Origin: Octopus vulgaris
Taxonomy: Eukaryota
Direction: 5' to 3'
Assembly (NCBI GenBank): GCA_951406725.2
Contig: OX597822.1
Coordinates: 31,248,001 to 31,312,000, forward strand
DNA: 64,000 nucleotides
The notes beneath the pieces are model-generated. The model was not told the DNA's origin. It made no database searches and was given only the letters and a program-made list of their open reading frames with translations. Position numbers and translations under genes: made by a program. Of the stretch, positions 1 through 13,621 are shown piece by piece. Each line of letters opens with the position of its first letter. Position 1 is the stretch's first letter.

Positions 1-91
1 ATTGGTATAATTATATGCTTTACACACATTGATTCATCTTCGGCTCCTTTGCAAGAAGAGATTCAACATGAATAAGATTATAAAAAGAAAG

Positions 92-412
92 TGATAGATC
101 TGGTTATATAATATTATCTGCACACGCTTAGATTCAGCACCGGTAATTAAGTCATGCAAGATTTCAGTACATAGACAATCTCTCGTCGCACGAACGATGA
201 AATCACAACGATAGTAACGTCAGAAGGTAATATATCTGGCCATATAATTTTATCTGCACACTCTTTGATTCAATAACGGTAATTAAGGGTTGCACCAGAA
301 TATAGGCAAACGCTCGTCACACGAACGATCACAATGACTACTATAATAAGAGAAGATTGTAATAGATTTAGTCATATAATATTATCTGCACACACTTAGA
401 TTCAGTGTACCG
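92..412. repeat. Diverged tandem repeat, ~135-bp unit, ~2.3 copies
   Basis: ATATAAT(A/T)TTATCTGCACAC..T(A/T)GATTCA recurs at ~105, ~242 and ~375; CTCGTC.CACGAACGAT recurs at ~183 and ~313. Confidence 0.75.
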
Positions 413-753
413 GTCGATTGTTGGCCTTGTGCCAAAATTTGAAACCATTATTAACTGAACGGTGTGAAATATTTTGTTGCTTGTTTTGTTAATAGCATTC
501 GATCGTATGCTATTTATATATATATATATTTTGCACACAAAACCATCTACTAATAACATTAATAACCTTAAACAGAATTGTTAATTACAGTAATGATTCT
601 CTAAAGAGAATAAAGAAATTTGCATAAATGATCATTCCGTTTTAATCAGAAAATTTTATCGGAACAATTTCGATGACTTTCATCTATATATTGACTATAA
701 CACACTAGTAGGAAATTACTAATTTACACACACATAAACACTCACGCACATCC

Positions 754-794
<41 letters not shown>

Positions 795-2027
795 ACACAC
801 ACACACACAGACACCCAGACTGACAGACACCTCTCACACATACAAACGTGAATGTATATACAGGTGGTTCCCTTTGGCAATGGCCGATAAAACATGGGAG
901 ATAACCATTCCTTCACAACAACAGACAGGATAAAATATCTAAATTTGAAATGTAAGAAAACAAGTCATACAACATATTTTAATAAGAAAAGAATGAATAA
1001 TTAACTCATGAACTTCAATAGCTTACAGCTGTTTCTGCTATGAGATGAAATGCACTCATAGTTGAGTGCCTAAGCATCACCTTATAGGTGTAAGCTAACG
1101 AATTACATATTCGTTTGTCATCTCAATCTGAGTGCCGCTGTGTACTCGACTGAGGTTCACTTTAAAGCATATGTGTATTGATTCCTAATACAAGGCTATT
1201 ATTATCGCAAGGCATACACAAATTATGAATATCAATAAAAGTACCCATCTATCTATCTATCTATCTATCTATCTATACATACATACATACATACATACAT
1301 ACATACATGTCTATATATGTGCACAGAAAGTCACTCACACACACACATCCACACACACACATATACACACACACACACTGTATCCACGTAAGACCATGAT
1401 CTTCACTTGATGATACTGATTAGATCTAGTCCACTGAAAAAATCTTGAAAATAACAATATGGTCAACATAGAGCTTTACTTTCAGGGATATACAGTCTCA
1501 AGGGGGCAATGTAGTTGAAACGACCCGACAGAGGACGTGTTCAGCAATATGACAACACTAGCTCCGGGTCACAAATTTCAGCAGGATACTAATTAAAGGC
1601 TCGGTTGGGAAGTTCTGCAGCATCCACCGTATGCTCCTGATATAGGGCATTCAGTTTATTACTTTTTTCTCTCACTTTCCAACGGACTGCGAGGTGTTTA
1701 ATTCAGCAATGATATGGAGCTGAAAGCGTAGCTAGATAAATTTTTCCAAAGAAGACGAAGTGGTTTATTCCATCGAGGTACAGACAAGATAGTGAAATAT
1801 TGTCAGGGAATCCTGAACAAAGAAGGGGAATATATTGTTCGCTGATCTGTAAAGACCATTGATGAAAATTAAAGATTAAGATAAATCGAAAAATAAGCAA
1901 GCAAGTTATCTGAAAAACTCATGTAAACGAAAATACAAACACGAAAATACAATCCCACACACAAACAAATAAACACACAAAAATAATACACACACATAGG
2001 CATACATGTATGTATATATACAAACAT

Positions 2028-2089
<62 letters not shown>

Positions 2090-2452
2090 GCACACGTGAC
2101 CGCTGACATGAACATACGCACAGATATAACAATATTTTTTTTTTTAGCAAGCAATTAGGCTGCGAAAGATTCTGTAATGTTCTGACAACCGAATATAATT
2201 ATTTAATTTTAAGCTATATATAGTAATTCATACTTAAATTTCCAGAAACGTCTATACGATTACTGCAATTTTCGTTTCAATTACAAGGCGAATTTTTATC
2301 ATTCAAGAAATGTGTATTCGACTATATTTAGACAAATGCATATGCTTCAAGACAATATGTAGGGCACAGAAATGTACGTAGGCACATTTTTTAACTAGTT
2401 TTCATTTGGGTGTTCATGTGTGTGTGTCTGTATATGTTTGTGTATGTCTTCT

Positions 2453-3100
2453 CGTGGCTGTGTAGGAAGTAAGCTTGCTTTGCAACTACATGGTTCCGGT
2501 TTCAGTACCACTCCGTGGCACATTGGGCAAGTGTCTTCTGCTATAGCTACGTGCCGACCAAATCCTTGTGAGTGAATTTGGCAGACGGAAACTGAAAGAA
2601 GCCCGTCGTGTGTTTATATATATATATATATAGGAACCCCACCAGTCATGAATGACAATGTAGTTGCACCTAGAATGTTCGCTCCCCTCAGAGGCAAAAG
2701 TCCGGTTAAGGTTGTTTAAGGAAGAACAGCAGTCGCCTATACACACCAGCCTCCCCTCTCCACACCACTGATGTTATCCAAGACAAAGGCTGTTACAGCT
2801 TGGTACCAGTGAAGTTGCAACACATTTCTACAGCTAAGTAAACTGGAGCAACATGAAATAAAGTGCCTTGCTCAAGAACACAGCATACAGCCCTGTCTAT
2901 ATGTATTTATTTGTGTGCCTATGCTTCTCCTTGATAACCGATGTTGGTGTAATTACGTCCCCTTAACATAGCGGTTCAGCATAAGAGAGCGATAGAATAA
3001 ATACTAGGCTTACAAAGAATAAGGTGTTGGATTGATTTCTTCAACTAAAGCTGGTATTCCATCATGGCCGCAGTCGAATTACTGAAACAAGTAAAAGAAC
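2453..3100 (+). mobile_element. tRNA-derived SINE family A (diverged), interrupted at its central microsatellite
   Basis: Head 2453-2611 and tail ~2905-3100 (..GGCCGCAGTC..ACTGAAACAAGTAAAAGA) match the intact copy at 23433-23841. Confidence 0.8.
2632..2895 (-). mobile_element. Probable SINE fragment nested in SINE A
   Basis: Minus strand reads GTGTTCTTGAGCAAGGCACTTTATTTCATGTTGCTCCAGT, resembling a post-tRNA SINE core; it splits the SINE A head from its tail. Confidence 0.5.
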
Positions 3101-3329
3101 AGTAATAGAATAAATTTTCTTTTTTTTATTCTCTTGTTTCTTTTTTATTTAATTTTCTTTGTTTATTTTCTCGTGCTCCTTTCTATTGAAGAGCGTAGGC
3201 TTGAAACGTAAAATACATTCTCACCTTCCCGAGCGTTAAACAAATACACCTGTTTGTTGTTTACACATTTGTTTCCGTCTTTTGATTTCGTAAGTTCCAA
3301 ATATATATACACATATTTATATACATATA

Positions 3330-3378
<49 letters not shown>

Positions 3379-3475
3379 ATTAGAGACAAAACCACTATTA
3401 TGCAAATCAAACAAAGAAAGACTTAAGCCAATACATAAAATAATTTATATAAATTAAAATTTAACAATTATAAAT

Positions 3476-3529
3476 AACCACTACGATCGTTTCGTGTCAG
3501 CACATCTTTGAGACATTCTTCAGGTGGTT
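3476..3529 (-). ncRNA. Type I hammerhead ribozyme (C3-G8)
   Basis: Minus: AACCAC-CTGAAGA-ATGTC..GACAC-GAAA-CGATCG-TA-GTGGTT. Confidence 0.8.
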
Positions 3530-3595
3530 TCAAAACCTTCTTGGCGAGTTATAAACTATGAACTCATAGTTTATAACTCGCGAAGAAGGTTTTGA

Positions 3596-3649
3596 AACCA
3601 CCTGAAGAATGTCTCAAAGATGTGCTGACACGAAACGATTGTAGTGGTT
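3596..3649 (+). ncRNA. Type I hammerhead ribozyme (C3-G8)
   Basis: AACCAC-CTGAAGA-ATGTC..GACAC-GAAA-CGATTG-TA-GTGGTT. Confidence 0.78.
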
Positions 3650-3847
3650 ATTTATAATTGTTAAATTTTAATTCATATAAATTATTTTATGTATTGGCTT
3701 AAGTCTTTCTTTGTTTGATTTTCATAATAGTGGTTTTGTCTCTAATTTAATATAATATAATATTTTACTATAAAATTAGATTCAATCCTAAATCTGATTT
3801 TTCCCTGTAATTTCGGATTTATTCCTTAATATTTATTATATATATAC

Positions 3848-3902
<55 letters not shown>

Positions 3903-3914
3903 CTTACATATATA

Positions 3915-3973
<59 letters not shown>

Positions 3974-4149
3974 AAGAAAATAAGTTGGCTAGCAGCAAGC
4001 TGTTTCGCCTCATACCGAAGGAATTAGAAATGGCAGTCAAAGACCGTTTTTTCCATTTCTATAAGTGGAGATTCCAAAAACGAAGGCCCTTGCGGCTCAC
4101 ATACACAAAATCGGAGTGGCAAATATACGAAGGCAGTCACTTACCGTTA

Positions 4150-4220
4150 ATAGCGAACACCGTGTTTCTGGATCACAAACATATAAAAAAAAGGAGTTTG
4201 AATTCCGTCATCAGCGCTAT
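4150..4220 (-). ncRNA. Type I hammerhead ribozyme in insert 3971-4280 abutting (TA)n
   Basis: Minus: ATAGCG-CTGATGA-CGGA..TCCA-GAAA-CACGGTG-TT-CGCTAT; the 3' tail shares GAATT(T)AGAAAT.GCAGTCAAAGA with the 583-nt family. Confidence 0.7.
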
Positions 4221-4589
4221 ATTCGATAGCTTTATCAAATGCCACCAGCCCTCACTTCTGACCCAGCGACATCAGATAGTGTATATATATATGTATATAA
4301 TTTTCTGTTTCGATGTAGTTTTCTCCATTGGGGAAGGACTTGGTTCTTTATTTGTAATGTTGAAGTTATTAGGTTCTTCCCATGTGGTCCTTCTTTCTGT
4401 TGCTCCACGTAAAGGAAATGGTTAACTTTTCCCTTACTATTTCTGAACTGATACCCAGCTTTTGCCTTTCATCTATTTCAGGGTTGATGAATCAAGTATC
4501 ATTTCAGTTTTTTGCGCCCATAGTAGAAAGTAAATGTTTTCTGAAAGCATTCTCGCTTTCACACTAATGCTACATAAAAGATGGGTCTA

Positions 4590-4755
4590 TAGTTGCATTT
4601 GTCGCTGTCGGTAGTATTGTCTATTCTGCACTTCACATATTTGGCCCTTGACGCGTGTTTTTGAGCTGCGTATGTGGGTGCTTCTGTCTTTGCCTTCAGG
4701 TCACTCATCCTCATCCATAAACAACGGCTTCCTCTATCGTTCGCATCTCTGTTAC

Positions 4756-4757
<2 letters not shown>
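4590..4757 (-). pseudogene. Non-LTR retrotransposon fragment, R4/Dong-like region between RT and zinc knuckle
   Basis: Translation WMRMSDLKAKTEAPTYAAQKHASRAKYVKCRIDNTTDSDKC resembles W..GDLK.ETE..I.AAQ.QAL.T..IK..ID......KC of R4-clade elements. Confidence 0.6.
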
Positions 4758-4837
<80 letters not shown>

Positions 4838-5072
4838 GAGTGAGAGAGCAGTGCATGCCATCAAAGTGACACTGGGGTAAAATATATGAAGTCCAGTATA
4901 CCCATCATAACTACACGTCTGATAAGGATACACTAGGGACATGTATCACAACCATATGTGCGCGACATGGCGATCTCATATCAAGATGAACAGCACATGA
5001 CCTTGCAGGTGGGGCCTAGTTAGAATTTTCTTCTGGTTGAGTAATCCATCCCGCTCAAACGGTCCCTGAATA
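4838..5072 (-). mobile_element. Probable SINE/retroposon 3' portion ending in an (AAT)n tail
   Basis: Complex, GC-richer block running directly into (AAT)n on the minus strand. Confidence 0.45.
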
Positions 5073-7104
5073 GAACTATATATGTTTTCTTCATCTTTAT
5101 AATCTAGACAAGAATGTTCTTTTGTGGTTAGATGTATGCTACTTACTCTGTTTATATTAAATAAAAAAAAATTGATAATATATCCTTTTGATACATTCTC
5201 CAGCTTAATATTATTTTAAGGAAAACAATTACAACATGTAATTATATTATCCTAAAACATTCATCTAAACTTTCCATTCACAGTATTTTTGATGATATAA
5301 TCAGCTACATCGATAGAATTATATTTAATTTTCTAAACATTATTTGCTTCAGAATTTCTAGTGGAGTGGATGTAATTTTTCGCTTCTGTACGATATTTTA
5401 AATTATGTTTCGTTGAGATTTCGTCGTTATAAGAAGACTAGCCGCTGAGAGGTTACGCTGTATGCTGCTGTAACGGAAGAACTATTAGTTGAGACGAATT
5501 GTTAATTTACTTATTTCATAATATCTTTTGTTTTGGAAATATTTTCTTCTTTTCATACATATTCATCGAAGACAAGTAACGTGATTTATTCTAAAAGCAA
5601 AATAATTTAATTTTGTTAAGAATGTTATAGTATACTTGTTATTCTTATCATAATAATAAGAAAAGTCATAAATACGGGCATGGATGCGCAATCAGAAATT
5701 TAGAAAAAGACAATATATCTTAATCGCTCGAAACCGCTCAAATGACAAAAACACCACTATGAATTCATTTGAAACTTCAAATCATTCCATCGCTAGTCTT
5801 CATGATTTGGAATATTTTGGGGTGGAAATAATTTTAATAAGAAGGAGAACGTCTAATTATATGTACGTGTATGTATGTATATATATATGTTTATGTGCAA
5901 TTATATATTGGTGTGAATGTGCATATATATTTTTCTTATTTGATAGGTGCAAACCAGGGGTCTTGAATCATATATAACAATTAGTATATAATAAATAATA
6001 TATACATACATATGTGTGTGTGTGTGTGTTTACTTGGTTGTGGCGGTCGGTGTGTAACACGTTATGTTCCGTGTTGGAATACATTTAATAGGGCTTAGAG
6101 AGTAAAAACCCAACAACCATGGTATTACAAAATATATTTTATGCTCTCTTTCATTGAGTTGCCCACTCACGAATCGATGTTAATTTTAACAAGTGAGATA
6201 CTCAAATACTGCCAGTACACAATACTCTTCAGATGCTAATCAGTGCGAAAAGGACGCTGGTAAAAAGTGTTTATATAATATAATTCTAGATAGAAAATAT
6301 TGAATTATGCAATACAATAGAAGATAGGTACAGGAGCAGTATGATTAATGAAGCAAAACAAGCTAAGAAAAGAGGAAAACGAAATTCGCTGAACAGTTAT
6401 AGAAAATTTTTTACTCATTAGCATATATGTTTTGAACGTATAAATATTTATTGAAAAGAAGGAAGAAAAAACTTCAGTTCATCATAGATAGCATTAATGA
6501 ATCTCTGTCCTCTTGGCACATATTAATATTCAGCTGGCCATTATGTTAGATTTTTGTGTAGCCGTGTTATTAGTCTGAGTTTTAAAATAAATATAGAAAA
6601 TTATGTTTTTAAATTTATATGATATATGATATCTTTTGTTATGTTTAGGCGTCTGTCTGGCTATAATTGTATTTCTTCAATTGTGTTTGCGATAATATGT
6701 AGATGTATATGTATGATATTCTACACTGACAAATATGTTATTCTGTGCGGTTAAACGTATGCCACTGTTGTTGATGTAGTATTTGTTTATTGCTAGAACA
6801 TGACTTGTCAAAATGACATATTATCAATTGTCGAGCTCCATCCTTTTACTAGTGATGTCCTCAATATTGTATTACCTATTGTAATCGAACTAAAACTATA
6901 GGATGCTATCTGAAACAGATTCAGTTGTTATTTACAGCAAGTGGGTACAGATCATTCAGGGTGCATCATTGGATATGACATAAACTTGAAATAAATTATA
7001 CAGATTATATTATTTGTCCTTTATTTACTTACTTACACACACATACACTCACATGCAAACACACGGTAAACATAACTACTCACATACGTATATAAACGTA
7101 TACG

Positions 7105-7158
<54 letters not shown>

Positions 7159-7645
7159 ATATAGATATAAATGTATGTGACTACATGTGTGTAAAATGAG
7201 GCTTTTATCTACTTAATTTCGGCATGTATAGCACTTTTCTAGAGAGTGAAATTCTGTCCATTGGCCATTTACGATATACGGTGGAAATATAGTATTTTTC
7301 CGACAAGACAAATCTTTCTCGTACTTTGTATGATATAAAAATAAAGTATACGCTAATTCAATATTTAGTTAATTGTTTAGAAAAGTTCTATTAATATAAA
7401 ATAAAAAAGTTGCAAGAAAATTGAAAAGAAAAAGTCATTTCGATAATTATGGACAAAATATTTACTGAAAATATCATTGTTGAATATTATTATTTCCGAA
7501 ATGCGCTGTTTAATCATTGGAGTTCAATCGACAGGCAAAACTATTTATTTAATCATTTAAGTATTACAGTCATTAGAATCAAGCAATGCTGAGGCAGCAC
7601 CTTCAAAGGTTCAGTCGAAGAAATCTATCCCTAGTATTTACAGTT

Positions 7646-7712
<67 letters not shown>

Positions 7713-8922
7713 TGTGTGTGTTTGTGTGTTGTGTTTTCATTCCGTGTACTTATTTCACCGGCCCCCTTTAACAGAAATGTTTGTAGAGCTGATAGGTAAT
7801 CATGCCAACGCTGGCTAGCAAGCGCTGGTTTGGGGCAAAAATAATTGCAAAATCGCACGCCCCCCACCCCCATATATATATATACTTGCCCAAGGTGCGA
7901 CGCTCTAGGACTGAACCCAGAATAATACGATTGAGGAGCCACACAAACATATCGGCAAATGCTGTTAACATATAAATATATTTCTACGTTTGCTATTTTA
8001 ACTGTCTGGAGTTTATTTCTAGCGAGTTTACATGCAGCGGAATATTAGCCTGCAGAGCAGTGGTAATTAGTAATTAGCACACGTTGAACAATACACAGGT
8101 GTATACGATAGTCCATACACGAGCTAATCATATATATGTACCACTGTATAATTAGTAGCTTAAAAACTTCTATATATAAATAATTAGATATAAGATAACA
8201 GATTCTCGATAGTTGCCTGATTAAGAGCAGTACTAAATTATATTTAAAGCTTTAATGTGAATTATTTCTTCTCCCTGCTGAATGTTCCCTCTCATGTTTT
8301 ACATTACACGCTTTCGTTCTTGGGGGCCATTTTTGTAAATTTACTACGGTGTGTTACATTTGTAGAAACCAGGGAACAATTATACAGTGATTTTACTTTC
8401 CTTATCACACCCACATTACGAATGCAACTGGGTATTATTGTGAAAGGTTTCTGCAGAACCTAGCTGCTAAAAATGTAATGGTAGACGTTTAGAGCTGTTA
8501 AAATAAATTCAGACGAAACACTTCAATTGCTTATATCGTTCCTTCTCTGTGGTTCGCTATCTGTTTTTTTTTTTTTTTTTGCTGGCAAGTATGATGCAAG
8601 GAAAACTCATTAAGGTAGATATACGGATAATATTAGTATCTGTGTAGTAATTAGTAGTTCAATGGTGGAGAAATCATGTTAATTATTCAGCTAACTGGAA
8701 CTCAAATCTCTGAATAACATAGAGCATAATTACAATAATAATTGCTAATTGACTCGTCAAAAACCTTAAGTGCTGATACAGATACATTTCTATTTGATTA
8801 TGTATGCAAATATATGCGATTGTCTACATGCACATTTGCTAGATGGGAGTCAAAGTTTCATTCATGTTGTTTGGTTAATTTATCTTACTTCATTTTTAGT
8901 TTATATCTTATGATTATATATA

Positions 8923-10189
8923 CAGGGGTTGGACAAAATAATGGAAACACCTAGCATCATAGCATCATAATTTTGAAATATCTATAAAATCGTCAAAAGC
9001 GTGTTTATTCTTCTGTTCTTTTTTTTATTTATTATTAGTGTTGCTCAATATGTTTTTCTAAAATTGGTATTTGTTTTCAGATATCACCAGGAAAAGGTAA
9101 TTAAAATTCATTAAAATGAGAGATCTATCGGACTTTCAAAGAGCTTAAATTGTAGGTGATCGTATGGCAGGCACTAGCGCAACGAAAACAGCCAAAATGT
9201 TTAGTGTGTCAAGAAGTGCTGTCTTGAAAGTAATGACAGCCTTTGAGAAGGAGCAAAAAACCTCCTCGTCGAAACAAAACTCTGGAAGAAAATCAAACAT
9301 TCCAGATAGGGACAGTCGGACTCTTCCACGAATTGTTAGAAAGGATCACAAAATTACAGCTTCTAAGTTACTGCAGAGCTTAATGACCACCTGGGGAACC
9401 CAGTTTCCACAAAAACTGTTCGCCGGGAACTGCACAAAGCCGGATTTCATGAGAGGGCTGCAATCAGAAAACCACTACTTTCAGAAAAAAAACAACTTAC
9501 GAAGCGCTTAGAGTGGAGTAAAGACCTACATAATTAGTCCCGGGAGCAGTGGAAGAATGTTATTTTCTCGGACAAATCATCCCTTACCATATTTCCGACC
9601 AGCGGTTGAGTATACGTTTGGAGACAGCCAACAGAAGCATTTGACCCAGACTGTCTTCTTTCAATTGTTAAACTTGGAGGAGGATCTGTGACTATATCCT
9701 GAAAATCCGCCGGCCTAATGGTTTCCCTTCATGGCAGAATTAATAGTCAAGAATATTTAAGCATTTTAACTGATCAAATTCATTCTATGTTTCCGGAACT
9801 GTTTCTGGAGGGAAACGCAATGTTTCAGGATGATAATACACCAATTCATACAGCTAATGTTGTTACTAAATGGCACGAGGAACATTCTAGCGAAGTGAAA
9901 CAACTTATCTGGCCACCAAAATCCCCAGATCTCAATATTATTGAACATTTATGATGCATTTTAGGAAAGCAAGTATGGAGTCAATATCCTCCTCCATCAT
10001 CACTAGAAGACCTGGAGACTGTTTTAGATGAAGAATGGAAAAAAAAGTCCCTTTGGAAACAATTCAAACTCTGTACGAGTCCATACCATGTAGAATTCAA
10101 ACTGATTACTGTCAAAGGCGTTCCTACCCCATATTAAAATATATTTATTTGAAATTTTAAGGTGTTTTCATTATTTTGTCCAACCCCTT
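8923..10189 (+). mobile_element. Tc1-like DNA transposon, full length and defective
   Basis: TIRs CAGGGGTTGGACAAAATAATGGAAACACCT / AGGTGTTTTCATTATTTTGTCCAACCCCT, flanked by TA. Confidence 0.93.
9117..10135 (+). pseudogene. Tc1 (DD34E-type) transposase pseudogene
   Basis: MRDLSDFQRA*IVGDRMAGTSATKTAKMFSVSR (HTH); VIFSD; FQDDNTPIH; WPPKSPDLNIIEHL*; stops and frameshifts present. Confidence 0.92.
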
Positions 10190-10837
10190 TATATACGCAT
10201 TATTGTATGATATAATGTGCATATATGATATACGTTTAAGCTACAAATTTATTAGATATGAAGCTATATATGCTAATCAGCGTCTGCAGTAAAAATTATA
10301 TTTCATTACGATCAATGCTATCTTTATGGAAAGATCGAAAAATCCATATAAAACATATAAAATTGACTTTACTTTTTTATCAATGATTTATTAATATTTT
10401 CGTATGAGTATTAATTTTCGTGATTAATAAAATTAATCGAATAGTCAATATACGTTGTTTCTCTATATAATAGCGCCGTAAAGATATTCGCAAACAAACG
10501 TAACAAAAATCATAATTAAAGCTGCCGATTGAAAATACTTGAAATATAACGGTGCAGAAATTTAGAAAAGAAGATCAAGTGTTTGGAATAATATGTGACA
10601 TACCTAATACCTAATATCTAAATTTAAGAACGGCAGAATTCAAACCTGTACCTTTTAAAATTACCTTGCATAGGAAATACCCCGAAATATACAATTTGAA
10701 ATATGGTATATCAAACGTAAGAACTGTACCTTTGATTTTCAAGTTATGTATTCCTTACACCAGTCGATTTGCAATTTTACGTCAAAACCAACTCTCTTAT
10801 ATTCTTTCCAGCTTGGGGAATATACTTCCTTTCTCCA

Positions 10838-10901
<64 letters not shown>

Positions 10902-10947
10902 AATCCATCTATCTATCTATCTATCTTTCTATCTATCTATCTATCTA

Positions 10948-11003
<56 letters not shown>

Positions 11004-11498
11004 ATCAAAATAAGAAACACGGATATCCAGAGGTAATGCAGTACGATCGTTTCAAGTAACTCCCTTTAATTGAACGATGCACAACATTACATCAATTTAA
11101 ATGCACAACAATCCTCAGCTGCATAAAGACAGAATTTAATAAAATTATATCCATCTGTTTTAATTTAATGCTATACTAAATTTTGGTGCCTTGACACTTA
11201 TTTCTAGCAATGCAACGTACCTGAAAATCCGGAAAATCCGAGCGATAAATATATGAAGTATATAAAAATTATATTAAAAAAGTTTAGGGTCTATGACAAG
11301 TGGGTACAGGTTTAATTTATCTCTTGACTGCCATTGGATTATGGCCTAATGCAGGCATATACGCATCATTTCTTTTATACTGAAATTTATACTACACGCT
11401 GAAAGTTGCTCAAAGATCGTAATGCAATGGAAGTCATATGGTGAAATAAATCTGTATTCTTTCCTCATACGTACTGAGATTTTGTTCATATATATTAT

Positions 11499-11559
<61 letters not shown>

Positions 11560-11561
<2 letters not shown>

Positions 11562-12045
11562 AACGAAAGAAGGTTTGAAAATGTTTATTTACCGGTTTCA
11601 CTCTTTGGAAAAAGATTGTCAAAAGTAACATGTAGAAGTTTGGTTGTGTTAGTTATAGGTTGTTACAAATTGCTACATTACATATATACATTCTTTGGTA
11701 ACAAGGACATGTTAAGGACTTAAAAAAGTTTAACAAGTTCCTTAAAATATTGGGCACAAAAGATTACTACATAAATAATCATTCTGATTATTTATGTAGT
11801 AATCTTTTGTTCCCACGATTTTAAGGAACTTGTTAAACTTTTTTATGTCCTTAACATGTCCTCGTAGCAATTTGTAACAACCAATAATTAACGCAACTTC
11901 TACATGTTACTTTTGACAATATTTTTCCAAAGAGTGAAACCGGTAAAGTAAATAAACATCTTTTAAAATTGCATTTTCAAACCTTCTGTCGTATATAATT
12001 CCACGCGTGCGGTACCCTATAAAGTAATATATAAGGTATAGTAAT
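11560..12045. mobile_element. Diverged fold-back insert (centre ~11782) with U3-A8 HHR-like motifs on both arms; flanked by (TA)n
   Basis: Inverted arms; plus 11907-11951 reads TTACTT-TTGACAA-..-GAAA-CCGG-TA-AAGTAA (stem II weak); mirror copy at 11588-11628; related motif at ~35058. Confidence 0.62.
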
Positions 12046-12071
12046 ATATATAGGTATATAAAAATATATAA

Positions 12072-12161
<90 letters not shown>

Positions 12162-12652
12162 TATTTACTGTTCTGTAACAGAGAGATAAACAGAAAAATA
12201 TCCCATCTGGTGTGGTATAGATATCATTTAATTAAAGGGCACAATAGTTCAATATGCTGAGAAATACCCTATGCATATCCATCAGACATAAACAGTGTAT
12301 CATAGTGAACATAATTGTTTTATATATACATACATACATACATATATATCAAACTAAGGTTATAGAACAAACAAATGCAAGGTCATCCACATAACATTTC
12401 ATAACTGGAACATTTAATCACAGAATATACATTTAGACATCACGGAAGATGGAATATAATTCATCTGTACAAGCATATAATAAAGTGCGAGAAAAATGTG
12501 TGAATACCGTTCATCACGGTTAAAAGTTAATACTTTAGCGATTAAGAATCATATATATTTTTAAAAACCATTACAACATCTAGAACGTAAATGCGTAAAA
12601 ATATAGTATAAAGTAATATATAAATATATATGTATATAAAAAATATATATAA

Positions 12653-12683
<31 letters not shown>

Positions 12684-12805
12684 TATAGGAAGCATATAAA
12701 AATATATAATATAAAATAAAAGTTCATCGTTTAGAAAATCTTATAAAATTACTTTTTAAATAAGAGAGGCCTTACAGTTAAAAAAAGAAAACCATATTTA
12801 CTAAA

Positions 12806-12887
12806 TTCCCTATGGCCATTTCAGGGGTATATTATTGTGTTTAAAGCACTAGGGTGCATCACGCTAATAACTCCTTCGTCAGGGGAA
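12806..12887 (-). ncRNA. Type I hammerhead ribozyme in the 3' region of a PLE
   Basis: Minus: TTCCC-CTGACGA-AGG..CCT-GAAA-TGGCCA-TA-GGGAA, ~230 nt downstream of the GIY-YIG stop. Confidence 0.75.
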
Positions 12888-13117
12888 AGAATAGATAGAC
12901 AGACATCATCGCGTACCAGGCTTAACACAATATTAATATCATATCGTGTGCTTTCTTATTGAAGCAGTCATGCTCAGACGAGCCCAAAAGAAAGAATTAA
13001 AGCAGTAGAAAATGTTTTTATAAAGCAGTAGAAAAAAAAAACATGGGGGTATTAAATTAAATTAAATTAAATTAATTTGCACTTCCGTGGTTTCAAACCC
13101 TGTAAGAACTAAATTAT

Positions 13118-13555
13118 TTATTTTCTACGACTTATTTTATTTCTATACACTTTTAAGAATGTAGAAGAAAATTTATGGATGCAAAAGGGAATTACGTCAG
13201 TAAATTTATTCAGAGTGTGCGGTCCATAACACCTAAGGATGGTAAGGGATTCCCTTATGCACAGGTTGCACTTGTTAATATTTCCCTTGGAATTTTGGGT
13301 TTTAGAGATAATAGACCATTCTAGATAATAATTCTTATTATTTTTCTTCAAGTTGTGTATATGGGATGCAAGTGTTGTTGAATTACAGTATTTATAGTTA
13401 GAAAATGAGCTCATATGTTATCTATATCTAGCCTTAAAATCTACTGTGCTACCTATATAAAATTTATTTAACTTATCCTCGTCCTTGACTACACATTTTT
13501 ATATAACGTTAGTAACTAGTCAGGAACCATCTAAAGGGCATAATTCAGGTTTACA
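13118..13555 (-). pseudogene. Penelope-like element GIY-YIG endonuclease, 5'-truncated
   Basis: One frame: CKPELCPLDGS*LVTNVI*KCVV..FYIGSTVDFKARYR*HMSSF..STTLASHIHNLK..LEWSII..CNLCIRESLTI..LNK..CIH. Confidence 0.88.
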
Positions 13556-13621
13556 TATTATATATATATATGAAAAAACAAGTCGGGATAGAAAATGCTA
13601 AAATAATTTTATAAAGAACAT

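Larger units (their letters stand above)
3371..3840. mobile_element. Fold-back insert (arms ~190 bp, centre ~3562) with an HHR on each arm; PLE/retrozyme-like; flanked by (TA)n
   Basis: 3371-3561 is the near-perfect reverse complement of 3564-3754; tail TTTCCCTGTAA.TT.GGA also seen at ~17990. Confidence 0.8.

Noticed and set aside
1020-1100. HHR 3' half (minus GAAA-CAGCTG-TA-AGCT)
   Set aside because: No intact NTGANNA core found; at best a truncated remnant
12240-12295. Possible minus-strand HHR (CTGATGG..GAAC)
   Set aside because: Two core positions are mutated and stem I is not evident
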